64,000 nucleotides of DNA from assembly GCA_964276515.1 (NCBI GenBank), contig OZ193909.1, positions 11,098,001 through 11,162,000 on the forward strand, given 5' to 3'. Of this stretch, positions 1 through 11,945 are shown one piece after another (within the stretch, counting starts at the first letter, position 1; every line of letters starts with the position of its first letter). The position numbers were made by a program, and so were the translations under genes. The DNA comes from Gordius albopunctatus (Eukaryota). The notes beneath the pieces are model-generated. The model was not told the DNA's origin and did no database searches. It worked only from the letters and a program-made list of their open reading frames with translations.

Positions 1-1072
1 GTTGGGGTTGTGAAACTTGGTGACCCGTCAACTTGCCGAAAATAATCTCGCCGAATTCACCTGGGACATTTTGTGATTGGTTGAATGAGGGGCGATTTTA
101 AATTAGGGGACCTTTTTTAACCGGGGGACATTAAATTCCGTGAGATGCTTTTCTTCGAGTTGATAGGGCACCATAAAACTTTAAAACTAAAAGCATAGGA
201 AAATTTTAAAATCGTAGCAATAGCATTATCGTAGTTTCTGTATACCTGTACTATTGTGACATCCAGTCAAATAGGCCCTCATACACATCTCTAAAGATGT
301 AGACTCTCACTTGTCTTAACCAGAGTAAACGTTAAGAAAAAACAACTGTAGTTTCGAGATTCTGCCTTTTCGGAATTTAGCCTATATCCTAGATAGGACT
401 CTATATATTTTTTCGGAAGATTCAATATTTGAGGCTAGACACTCTGGTTGATTTTTTTTAAATAAAATTTTAAAGATTTTTAGAGTTATGAGATTTAATA
501 TTAATTGTCATTATCTGTTTTTATTTATTTATTATGAGGGTGAGCGTTAATATTCTCAATCTTTGTTATACGTTTAATAACACTTTGGTATCTAGGGTCC
601 ATCTCAATTTATATGAATTTATTGGAAAAAAATTTCGAATGCCTTTATAGCGTTCAAATAGTTCTTAATTATATTTCCTATAATGAGGTTCTCAATATTT
701 CACTATGGGAAACGAGTAGATGCTTTAGGTTGTCAAAGTAGTTAAGAGTGGACTCACTAATGATTTTCAAGCTTGTACAGGAAATAAAAATTATCAAATA
801 AGTATTCACATGAAAAAAATAAGTTGTAAGGCTGCCGCGACGCTATAAGTTTCAGGTTGATAATAATTTATTTGTTTATTTCCAAACAATAAAGTTCCTT
901 TTTAAGTTAAAAGACCTTCACCTAAGTGTAAATGAAGTCAAAAGCAGTATGGTTCCGATATTACAAAGAAGATGCAAGTCGAAGGTTAACAGAAGATAGT
1001 TAGTCTTTAACCTTCTTTCCTCCCGATTTAATTTCCCCTACGTGTGTGTTATTCCTTCCTCATATATTATTA

Positions 1073-1400
1073 CTAGATGAACCCGGCAAACGTTGTTTTG
1101 CCATTTACCCGCCCCCCCCCAAGGGAAAAATCTTTGCCCCCCTGGCCCTAGAAGCAATTTTTTTAAAATTTTTTGTAATTAAAAAACAGTATCATAATTA
1201 TAATTATTTGTTTCTGAATAAGACTTTTAATTCTGAACTTAATAATGTCCGAAGAACTGAGATATATCAAAATTTATTGGCACTTTGTTAAAAGTATTTT
1301 CCTTTTTCTCCTTATTTAACGCGCAAAAAATGACAAAATTAGATTTTTTAATTTATTTAGCCACGCAGGAGGGGACACGACCGTCCTATAATAATACTAA
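1073..1400 (-). mobile_element. Non-autonomous Helitron-like element; 5' end approximate
   Basis: Minus strand ends GGCAAAACAACGTTTGCCGGGTTCAT-CTAG|T, a subterminal hairpin plus CTAG, matching the 3' ends of the copies at 6462 and 11945. Confidence 0.6.
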
Positions 1401-1449
1401 TTGAGGTGAATCTGTCTCTTTTGGGTACTTTAGATGGTCATCTAGGGAT

Positions 1450-2780
1450 GTAATGCCTGTCAAGTTTATCTCCATGTATAACATATTTCAATCGTTGCCC
1501 TTTAAACCATTCCAGCTTATCGTTTTTAATACTTTTCGACTTCTTCAAATACTTTCCCCTTTGTCTCTTCGCATAGTATTATGTACTATAGCATCGGGCT
1601 ATAGCATACATCAAGGAGATGGCTTTGACTTTTGGGTGTCTCTCATTATCTGCTAATGTTTATGTTGAATAATAGGGGACTTAGATATGAACCTTGATGT
1701 AATCCAATTTTAAATTGAAAAGATTTAAAGTCTCCAGCTGTCGCCTAATACACGAATTTGAGGCTCCATAAATATTTTTCATAAGCCGTTTTTTCAAGCA
1801 CCACATATTAAATCGCGAGGAACAGTGTCATAATTTTACAAGTAGATAAAGACCATATGTAGGGTTCTTCTCTTTTCTCCCTATTATCCATCCTCTTAGT
1901 ACAAAGATCGGGTCAATTGTGGACTTCCACTGATCTGAATTGGTTAGCCGATATTTCCACTTCCTTTTTCAGCCATGTTACTAAGATCTTTTCCATATGT
2001 TTAAAGGAGTCGCAAGCTAGCTTAATATTTTGTTATTGTCACAGTCCTGACGATCTCCTTTGCTTTTGAGGGTATTATCATGCTTACTCTACATTAATTA
2101 GGAATTCGCTCTTCTAGCCATATCTTGTTAAATAGGTTAGTCATGGTTGTGACTCCTTCTTCTTGGCATCCGACCAATGCCTTCATAGGAATTTATCTAA
2201 GCCATTCGCTCTTCCTTTTTGCATCTTAATTTCCTAACTTTACCCTCCCGAGAGAGTTCAACCATATTTATGTTTGGCTGAATATCTAGAAGGAAATCTT
2301 TTTCATTTGCAATATTCATTATTTGAATATCCTTTCCCTATTTTCATCACCTCCGTCGGCTTCAATAATGTTTAACCATTCTTGTTTTTGATTATTTTAA
2401 GGACTCCGACATCGCGCCTTTTCTTTTTCCTTATCTTGGACAATTTGCATATAAGCCAGTCGCCTCCTTAATGATCTAGTTTTTTTGCAGTTCCGGGGTA
2501 AACAGCATTATTCGTTTTTGCAACGGCCATTTTCGCAGCTCTCTTTGGCTCTCGATATTCTTGATAATCCTCAGACCTGTATAATTTATGCCACCGTATT
2601 TTTCTTTCTTTCGATAAAATCCTAACCGATTGATCCCACCATTTAAAATTTTGCCTCCTTTGGTCTGTCCTAGAACCTTAATCTCCGTTTTCTTGATGTC
2701 CACGATTAAGTTCTCCCAATTTTCTTCTATGTTCCGTTACAGCTTTTTGATAGCAAAGAGTGTGGAGGCTCTCTGATGGT
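1450..2780 (-). pseudogene. Degenerate RTE-like LINE ORF2 remnant
   Basis: Broken minus-strand frames resemble the RTE linker and RT region (a decayed PWxMLYADD-like segment near 1580-1620). 2400-2600 is similar to the remnant at 40050-40200. Confidence 0.5.
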
Positions 2781-3183
2781 ATTTATCGTTCGTCAACACA
2801 TCCTTTGGCCTTTTGTATCGAATTCAAGGTTAATAAACCCATTTTTTGGGGGAAATACTTTTTTTCGAGATCCATAACAAGGGGACAATGTTGCTTGAAA
2901 ATCATTGTTGAGTATACATAGATGTTGAATAAAAGAAAGCAGGTCGGAATTGTGATTTTTAAAATTTTTGAACCAGTATAATTTAAGAACCAATGGTGAG
3001 GAAATGATGAAATTTTATCAGCTAATATACCAATCAAATATTTTAAATTTAATTTGTAAAACTGTTTTTATCTTTAATAGTTTTCGAAAATGTACATCTA
3101 AAGTTGCATCACCTTCAGTTCACACTGGTACCTGTTGTGTTAATACACGAACTACGACATTTACTTAAATCTCAAATATATAT

Positions 3184-3348
3184 TAGTGTTATAAAAACGG
3201 CTGAATTTTGTTTGGTCGACCTTTGGTTTTAGTGGACTAAAGTTTTTTTGGTTTATTGTTGTTAGTTGACCTCTAGGCTTAGTCGGGATTCGAAAAATAG
3301 TTAATCCAAAGGTTGACCAAACAAATACCAGTCGTTTTTACCACACTA
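3184..3348. mobile_element. hAT-type MITE (TAGTGT family)
   Basis: TIRs tagtgttataaaaacg / cgtttttaccacacta; 8-bp TSD ATATATAT; same family at 10561 and 60868. Confidence 0.75.
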
Positions 3349-3576
3349 ATATATATATATAATATGTTGTTATAAAATATAGTATATTCGGCAAAATAAC
3401 TTATTTCTATTCTTTTCTGGGGCTTGGGGGATTAGTTCAATTTACAAGATTTGTGACTTGCAATTTATGTTAACTAATATCATTGTCTCAGCTCCTGCTC
3501 TAAATTCTAAATCTCCGAGAAGAAATTTTTAGGCAAAAAACCTTGTTGACAATTAATATAAATTGAAATCCCCAAG

Positions 3577-3957
3577 TGTAACTTATGGGCATAGCGACTT
3601 CCTAGGATGTATCGAAAAATGAAAACTAGCTATAATTAGGTTCAAGTACACTCCCCACTTTTTATTTTTGATTAGACCCTACACCAATATTTTGATTTTT
3701 AGGATTGCGTAGGGTGTTAACCTCATGAGTGCTCATTACCTTTAACCTATAAGATATTTGTTCTTAGGCCCGTCCCTACCCATGTCCCTACCATAAAGGT
3801 TATTAAGCGTAAGTCCTTATTGAGAAGCTAAATGTTTTCGGTTAAGATTTTCAATGTGGTTTTACACTTCTTTATTACTTACTAACTCTTTTCTTTCCCC
3901 TCACTTTATTATTTACCATCAATAAAGAGTACCGCCTCTCAATAACTGGTGACCCCG
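3577..3957 (+). mobile_element. Putative LTR followed by a tRNA-Trp primer-binding site
   Basis: Begins TGTAAC and contains AATAAA; its 3' part resembles the LTRs at 6861 and 8046. It is followed by TGGTGACCCCG (3947-3957), complementary to the tRNA-Trp 3' end. Confidence 0.5.
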
Positions 3958-3984
3958 CATTTCGGGGGAGCCGTTTTTTACCTC

Positions 3985-5210
3985 CCCAGAACACTTAAGG
4001 CATTCGCAAAGATTCATAAAGACCGAAAGGTGTAGTTATTGCAGTCTTTACGATGTCTTCCAAGGCTACGGGTATTTGATGGTAAGCTCTGACTAGATCT
4101 ATTTTTGTATAGATGGTTGTGCCGGCTAGTTTGACGTGTAGGTGTGGTAAGGGGTAACAATCCGGTATAGTTAGAACGTTAAAGGCTCTTTAATCTCCAC
4201 ACGGTCGCCAATCTCCTAGAGTTTTTTTGTAACCATGTGCAATGGAGAACTCCAGGAGCTTTCTGAGGCTTGAATTATGCCGAGTTCGAGCATATGAGCA
4301 AACTCTTGTTTTGCAATTTTTAGCTTGGCAGGGTCTAAGCGTCTAGGTCTGGAATAAACCGGTGGTCCTTGTGTACGTATGTTGTGGACTACTTGGTGTC
4401 TTACAAGTGACCTGTAATTTGGAGGGGCATAAATATCGGGGAACTCTTTCAACACATTTTTAAAATATGGTGAATCGATCTTTTTGCGATTTGTAAATTA
4501 TACATGTTCGGGTCAATATATCGCCCATAAGACTTTAAAGTAGTCTTAGGGTCTAACAAACATTTGCGACGTATATCAACGAGAAGGTTATAATGATTTA
4601 AAAAATCAGCCCCAATGATAGGTGTCTTAACGTCTGCTATTGTAAAAACCCATTGAAAACTTCTCCCTAAGCTAAGGTCTAGTTCCATTGATTTCTGGCC
4701 GTAGGTCAGTATGGAACTGTTATTTGCAGCTTGGAAGAGGATGTGTGAGGGGGTGAGACGGTGGTTACGTGGGGGTGGTATGACACTGAGTTCCGCGCCC
4801 GTATCTATTAAAAAACGAAATTTGGTTGATTTATCGCAAATAAAAAATAAGCGACTGATATTATGGCCTGAACTAGGTGTCGCGAATTCTGGCAGGCCTA
4901 TGGGTTTGACGAGGAAAGCGAGGTATAGTTGCAAGACTGATGGCATTTAGTAGCCTTTTCCTTATATCTTTGGTGATACCAACACCAATCTTGGGGAACG
5001 TCTGCGCGGGGTTGAAAAGGGGATCGAAATCGCCTTGATGTAGACCTACTTCTCAACTGAAAACAATTTTTTGACTGACCTCTTGCCGCAATGTCTCGAT
5101 GCTCACGCTCAGTTTATTGACCATGTCTCTGAGCATTTCGATATCATTGTTGGATCCATTTGTGGCAGGGGCGACGTTGGATATTTGAGACATATGGTAT
5201 GTTTCCGCGA
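3985..5210 (-). pseudogene. Ty3/gypsy gag-pol fragment (gag end, aspartic protease, RT N-terminus), frameshifted
   Basis: Protease FLIDTGAELSVIP...IIGADFL (4449-4946); RT ELGIIQASESSWSSPLHMV (4216-4455); RAYHQIPVA...KTAITTPFG near 4020-4090. Confidence 0.9.
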
Positions 5211-5221
5211 TTAAAAGTTTA

Positions 5222-5571
5222 CGTACAACAAGGGTTGGGTAAAGGTAGGGTAGAAGGGAGCGTATAACAAGGGTGGGTCAACAATATCGGGAAGTAGATA
5301 CCAGAAGAATAAAGTAATAATTACTATTGTATATCCAATTAAAGTTAATCGTTTGTGAGAAAAGTAAGTGAGTAAGAAGTGTCTTAAACGCCTTTATATA
5401 ATCGCGAATTAATTGAATAAATCCATTACATTTAGTGGTGACTCCGCGAGGTATATGTGATTGGTCAATTAACGTCGCGAAGTAGTAAGGTAATGTAAAT
5501 GAGTCAATTAAGTTCTAAAGTAGACATAAGTAATGTGCCGCTAGAAATCAATTAAGGAAATGTACGCAACA
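5222..5571 (-). mobile_element. Gypsy LTR
   Basis: Minus strand starts TGTTGCGT and matches the LTR at 8046-8318 in reverse complement. Confidence 0.7.
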
Positions 5572-6042
5572 GGTTCGTGTATTTATTTTATATTGCACAA
5601 TTATAGAAATTATAGTAAATTTGAATGCACCTGCCAACCCAGCTTGTAATGTGAAAAGGAATGCATGTGAAAAAACTATGTATTCACATAATGTCTTATT
5701 AAGGTTCAAATTTATAATTACCGCATCATGCAGGATGAGTAACTGTGAAATTCAGATATGCTTTAGTAATGTTTACTATTCTATCAGAACTCATTTTAAG
5801 CCTAAAGTTTTGTAATATTTAATAATGCTATGGATATAAATATGTGATAAATATATTATACAATTATTCACATACCCTAAAAGTCAACTATACCTAGGTA
5901 ATAATTGCCAAATTTTAAATTGTTTGCAAAAATATATAATATTTACAACACTTCGGAATTTTTTTTATATCAAATATATTCCATTATATATTGATTTACA
6001 CTTAATACCGTAAATGTAAATCATGAAAATCAAAAGACACAA

Positions 6043-6462
6043 TCTATATATATAAATTAAAGTGTATGTATGTGGATAAGGGGTAAATTCTGAAACTACC
6101 GACCCGATTCGCGCGAAACTTTACCCGTCCCAAGGCGGCCAGGGGTAAAATAGCTTTTGCAGAATCCTAAAATTCCTTTTAGTTTTAAAAATATCGGATA
6201 TTTCCCGGCCAGTTTCATTTATAGCATCATATACAATAATGACGTCATACATACAAGGCTGAAGTTTTTCGAAATACAATAATGACGTCATCATAAATTT
6301 AGCATCATAATTCTGTCTTATTTTTTCCATATATAACAAAGTGATGCGAATGATTAAAAAAGGTATTATTTAAGATTGGTTAAGAAAATATAACCGGTAG
6401 ACCAACAACCCCCCAGGAAAATCATCTGTATATGGCAAAACAACGTTTGCCAGGTCAGCTAG
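6043..6462 (+). mobile_element. Non-autonomous Helitron
   Basis: A|TCTATATATAT 5' end; 3' hairpin GGCAAAACAACGTTTGCC then CTAG|T; inserted between A and T with no TSD. Confidence 0.85.
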
Positions 6463-7113
6463 TAATTTACTAAAATCTAACGATCAATAAAAAGTCGAGA
6501 TATCGCGGAAAAAATCTCGTATCGTCTCGATATCAAAATTGTCGTCTCGATCTCGACTCCATTTTTCAAATTCTATCTCAACATAACTAAGACCGCATGG
6601 CCTTTTGCGTTCGGCAAAAACAATAACACCTACTATTAACAGCGTTCTCACCACCGCTGACCGGTTTAGTTGATGACCGATTGCGTATATATTGGATAGC
6701 ACAACAACATCTCACACACACAACCTCGGCCATTTTACTAATAACCACAGTAGGCGGAGAAAAACTGGCTAGTAGTACGAACATCACTTACACCTCCCAT
6801 ACATCAAACAAATTTTTTTGTTAATTTTGTATGAACTCCGTTTATACCCAGCGAAGTATTTGTAGTAACCACTACTATTTAATTGATTGCTCAAGGCATA
6901 TTACTTAAGTTTACTTCGAAACTTTAATTGACTCATTTATATTATCTTATATAACTCGCAGCATACTGCTTCGCGACGTTAATTGACCTAATTACATATA
7001 GCTCGAGGATTCACCATTATATTATCTCGCGATTATATAAAGAAGTGTTCTTTTTTATTACTTACTAACTTTTTCTTTTCACACACTTTATTATTTACCT
7101 TCAATAAAAATTA

Positions 7114-9184
7114 GGGGAGACCGGGGCTATCGTGTCCATAAAATTTCAAAGAGGCCTGGACAAAACATATTAACCTATTTTCATATACTTTTTTCAGAAA
7201 AATGTTCTTGTCAGCAGTGTTTATAAAGGGGAAAAAATTATAGCAACACAGATAATAGATTTTTAGTAATAAGGTTTCAAAAAAAAGACAACTTGTATAA
7301 ATTCGAAAAATGCCCGGGGCTATTCTTATCCCTAAGCGGGGCTATATTATCCTTTGTATTATTTTGTATTTAAACTTAATAAACCTTTGATTAAAAGAAA
7401 TTAAACTCCTAAATTAACAAAATTATGACCACACACATTGTTTAAAATGCTTTTTCTATTGTTTACAATTTTGACATATAAAAAAATATCATTATTGCAA
7501 CATGATCCATGTGCCCACATGGAGCAACTTCTACATGCATACCAATCTTAGTTCTGATGATTTTTCTTATAGTCTTTGGCACAAATTATTCGTTTTACAC
7601 CCACCAGACCATCAAATATCAAACAACAGATTACCAACGATTTGGTTACAGCCACTCACGTATTTATAAGAATTGACCGGCTTCGGAAAGCTTTAGTCCC
7701 TCCGTACGAAGGTCCTTACAAGGTAATCGAAAGACATTCTAAATATTTCGTCATAGACCACAATGGAAAAAGAGACACCGTTTCAATCGATCGATTAAAG
7801 CCAGCTTTCCTCGAGCCTAAGGTTGATAACCCGAATTCAGCAGTTGACCCAAATGCACCCAAACCAAACAATCACTCAACGACCCAAAATTCAAACCAAT
7901 CTACCATTGTTTCTTCTACAAAATCTTCCACAATACCTAGCGCACCACTTCCCAAAACAACCATTACCAAGTCTGGCCGACAAGTTCATTGGCCAAAAAA
8001 ATTTTTTAATTTTATATGAACTCCGTTTTTACCCAGCGGAATATTTGTTGCGTCAATTAACGTAATTGTCTCATTTACATTACCTTACTACTTCACGACC
8101 AATCAAGCATACCTGGCGGAGACACCACTAAATTGATTTATTTATACCTCGCGTAATTGATTTAATTATACCTCGCGGAGACACCACTAAACTTGATTGA
8201 TTTATTCAATTAATTCACGAGTATATAAAAGGAGTTTAAAACTCTTATTACTCACTTACTTTTCTTCCAACGATTTAATTTATATTATACAATAAAGTAA
8301 TTATTACTTTATTCTACATAACCTCACTTGTCGAAAAATCAATTCCTTTTTTAACTTTTGCTTATACAAGCTTCATAAACAAATTTATAAGGTAAATGTG
8401 TTTTTACAGAGATTGTTATGTTGAAATCATTGATTTAAATGCTTTATTAATATAAAGGTGTCACATAAACTTGACAATCATGAAATGGAATTAAGATTTA
8501 AATTTATTGCATATAAATATAATATCATGTTGGTTCTAGAGTCCTTAATGAAATCAGGTCTTTGAATAAAAGATGAAAACCAATCTGCATATTCATATTC
8601 ATATTCTACCCATGAATTAGGCATTGATAAATTAAATTGTACTGCCATTTGATAAGCCAAATACCTAACCTTAACAAATTTGACCATATATTGATAAAAT
8701 ACTTGTTTATTTTCATTTCATTATCTCGTACAAATTTGTTTTACATTTGTAAGTTTGCACCATTTTTAATGTATGAATGAATTAGAGATAATTATAGTCC
8801 CGCTCTCAATAGCCCCACGACTAAAATATTTTTTTGAGAGTTGTTTTAAAATAGTCATCTTCAACAAAATTATTTATTCCGAGTAGATTTTTATAGAAAA
8901 ATTCATACGTTTTTACCTAAAATTAGTTTCGAGCTTAGAGATTAAATAGTTTTAAAGTTATTAGCAAAATATAAAAATTAGAAAAAGGAGCTTTTAGCCC
9001 CGAAAAACCTTATTTTCTCTCTAACTTTTTCCCTGTATAATTTTTTCCAAAAATATTTTAAGTCTGAAATGCGACTTTATAAAGTACATTTTGTATATAA
9101 AATTGACTGGGTACAAATTAATAACATGGAAATTATTTGAGAAGATAAGTATAGCCCTGAGCTACGTATAGCCCCGGTCTCCCC
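7114..9184 (-). mobile_element. pogo/Tc1-mariner-like DNA transposon, decayed
   Basis: Perfect 16-bp TIR GGGGAGACCGGGGCTA, TA on both sides, subterminal GGGGCTA repeats, and a CENP-B-type HTH remnant (VRYLAYQMA...PNSW...DWFSSF) at 8478-8687. Confidence 0.8.
7576..8318 (+). mobile_element. Gypsy integrase C-terminus (GPY/F region) plus 3' LTR (8046-8318), nested in the pogo element
   Basis: HVFIRID...LVPPYEGPYKVIER...DTVSIDRLKPA...TKSGRQVHWP; LTR TGTTG...CTACA. Confidence 0.85.
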
Positions 9185-9729
9185 TACCCCCTCCCAATAC
9201 CTCCTATTTCTAGCTAACTTTGCCGTTGAATATTTATTTTCTATTACAGTATATATCGTTTATTTAATTTGTAGAATTCTCATATAGAAATTTTTTTGAA
9301 TCCACCCGCCAACCCTAATTTATAAGGTTTTCTTTATTAAATAATTTTGAAAATATTATTTTATTTAAGACCAATTCCCTCTACTTCCCCCTGATTTCTA
9401 TTATAATTGTAATTATAGATATTATGTTGTTTTAAATGAAAAATAAAAGTTTTACACAGAATTGTTTTTCAAAATTATATAGCTGATTTAGTTTTGTATA
9501 AAAGAAGTATGTTGGTATATGAAAAATGTTTATTAATTATTTTATAATGGACTATTTCCAATTCAAACTAAACAATAATAAGCTTAAATAATTAAACTCA
9601 ATTATAAATTAAAATTTGATTAATAGAATTTTAAAATTGCGGATTGGACTTAGATTTAAAACCTGATTTTAGATCATATAAAAGGTTTCTAAAAACTTCG
9701 GATTAAATTAAAATTCGTAATATTAAAAA

Positions 9730-9937
9730 AAATGAACTTAACTATGAACTGAACTTGAACTAGTTCATTTTGTAAAATTTGAACTAAGAACTGAACTAGT
9801 TCTTTTTTCCAAAATAAACTTAAACTTAAATTATTATAGTTACTTTTGAAAAAATATGAACTTGAACTAATTTTTTTTTCAAACTGAACTATGAACTTGA
9901 ACTAGTTCATATTTAAGATGAACTTTAACAGCTCTAC
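9730..9937. repeat. GAACT/AGTTC subterminal repeat cluster, probable hAT MITE end
   Basis: Repeated (T)GAACTT and GAACTAGTTC motifs ending in ...AACAGCTCTA. Confidence 0.45.
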
Positions 9938-10560
9938 TTGTCACAGAATTAGATCATGTGAAAAATTGAGGCACAAATGGCAAGACGATGTATCTAAAAA
10001 TAAGTTGGCAAAACGTTTTGTTTTTCAATACGCTAGATGTTTTTAAAAAACACGGTGTTAAATATCGTAAGTAGATAAAAAGCACGTATAAACCATCTAG
10101 AATGCTAAGGCAATAATTTGGCCAAATTTGGCGACAGATATTAGCTGCCAAAGAAAATCGAGTTACATTTATATATTTTGAAAATATTTTTGTCAATATT
10201 AGTGTTTTCACCTATCTTTACTAATAAATTTGCCATTAATTAATGTGAAAAAAATTTCAATATTTTAATTTTAGCTGCCTATTATTTACATTTTAACGCT
10301 TAAATTAATATAAAGGCCTATTTTAAGCAAATCAATTGTTGTTTTCTAGTGTTTAAGCATCCGTTGTCTACCTATAAAACCACCTATTTTAAACGTAAAC
10401 AAATTTAGGCACCAGGTCGACTTCTTCTTCCATGACTTCTAATGACTGCAAAATGCCAAGAAGTTGCTGATACTCACAATCTCAAAAAGGACGGGTTGAT
10501 ATAGCATGTATACGAGAAACAAGATGGAAAAGCTCAAAAGCAAGGATGATAGGTGAAGGC

Positions 10561-11183
10561 TAGTGTTTTAAAAACGGCTGGGGGTTTTGTTTACCCGACT
10601 ACTTTTGCTTTTAGTCTATGACTAAACCAGAGACCAGATTTACCCGGCCGGGCCCGCTGCCCAAACCTGCCCATAAATTTTAACTTTCGGGCGGGCACCA
10701 TAACAAGATTCGGGCAATTCGGTATTATATTGTTTTTTGTATATTTTGCCACTTTTTTAATTGATTTCATAATTTTTGTTAATCCCAGTTCTCATTTAAA
10801 AAAAATCCAAATTAAGATAAAATTTTTAAAAAATATAACGATATTAGTGCTAAAAATTTTAAAACACACCATTTCGGGCCGGGCAGTTCGAGCAGCTGGG
10901 ATAATTCGGGCATTGTCGGGCGGACACATAGAAGGGTTCGGGCGGGCTCGGGCGGGCAGATTAATTATAAAATCGGGCCGGGCCGGGTTCGGGCAGAAAA
11001 ATTCTAACAAATCTGACCTCTGGACTAAACATCAACAAACCACATGTTTTTTGGTCTGTTTTTCTTAGTCGCATAAATAGACCAAAGATTTGAGCAAAAA
11101 ACATCTGGTCTCTATTTATTCTTAGTCCCACTAAAACCAAAGGTCGGTCAAACAAAACCACCCCAGCCGTTTTTAGAACACTA
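10561..11183. mobile_element. hAT MITE (TAGTGT family)
   Basis: TIR tagtgttttaaaaacggctgggg / ccccagccgtttttagaacacta; TSD GTGAAGGC. Confidence 0.85.
10628..11022. mobile_element. hAT MITE nested in the previous MITE
   Basis: TIR cagagaccagattt / aaatctgacctctg; TSD GACTAAAC; CGGGC subterminal repeats. Confidence 0.85.
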
Positions 11184-11563
11184 GTGAAGGCTATAAACTT
11201 TACTTCAATCGCCAAAAAACGAATAAAAAGGAGCAATTATATTAGCCTAGAGAACTGCACGGGTGACCCTCGGGTCGGGTTCGAGTTGAAAATTTTTTAA
11301 TGTCTTCGGGTCGGGTTTAGGTTAAAAATTTTAAAATGCTTTCGGGTCGGGTTGGATTTAAAGCGTGGGGTCAAAGGTTATGAATCTTAAATTGCAAAAT
11401 ACACGGTACATATCTTTTAAATTAATGTTATTTTGTATAATATTTTTTAATTAATATTGAAATGTAATAATTGAAGATCATTTATTTAGTTTATTAAATT
11501 CCTTTTGTTTTTTTAAAATCTGATTGTCTTAATTTGGACCAAATTTAAATTTGAGTCGTGAAA

Positions 11564-11945
11564 TTATATATAAAAATGAAACCATGTGTGTATGTGTGTG
11601 TATGCCGCCATCAATTTTAAAAAACTACCAGACTGATTTGGCTCAGAATTTCACAGTTTATTCCTGACACTCTGGAGCATGTTTAAAATTTGTTCAAGCC
11701 AAATCGGTCCAATAGTTTTCGAGGGGTCAGGTTTATTTTGTTTTATACGTTGTTTTATACGTTTTGGCACTTAATAAAGACGTCATATGACGTCATACGG
11801 GATACTGTAAAATGCGGCAATCATACATATATCAAACTTTATTTTTACTTCAATAACCGCTTTATCATCATATATGCCCTAAAGTTCCAACATAATTTAA
11901 TACACCCGGGTATATGACAAAACAAAGTTTGCCGGGTTCATCTAG
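11564..11945 (+). mobile_element. Non-autonomous Helitron related to 6043-6462
   Basis: TATATAAA/TGTGTATG 5' region, shared GACGTCAT motifs, 3' GACAAAACAAAGTTTGCCGGGTTCAT-CTAG|T. Confidence 0.7.

Larger units (their letters stand above)
6590..9248 (+). mobile_element. Gypsy 3' end with LTR (6861-7113 plus 9187-9248), split by the pogo-like element
   Basis: tatgaactccgttt(a)tacccagcg precedes TGT here and at 8015-8045; the LTR starts TGTAGT at 6861 and resumes after 9186, ending ATTACA at 9248. Confidence 0.6.
10440..11247 (+). pseudogene. RTE-like AP-endonuclease remnant interrupted by MITEs
   Basis: Removing the MITE restores RVDIACIRETRWKSSKARMIGEG|YKLYF. Confidence 0.65.

Noticed and set aside
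18..27. TGGTGACCCG as another primer-binding site
   Set aside because: Imperfect match at the window edge; no upstream LTR can be assessed
280..1020. Possible LINE remnant on the minus strand
   Set aside because: Only a hint of a YLG-like motif; too decayed to support
10730..11236. Gly/Arg/Ala-rich ORFs
   Set aside because: They arise from CGGGC subterminal repeats of nested MITEs
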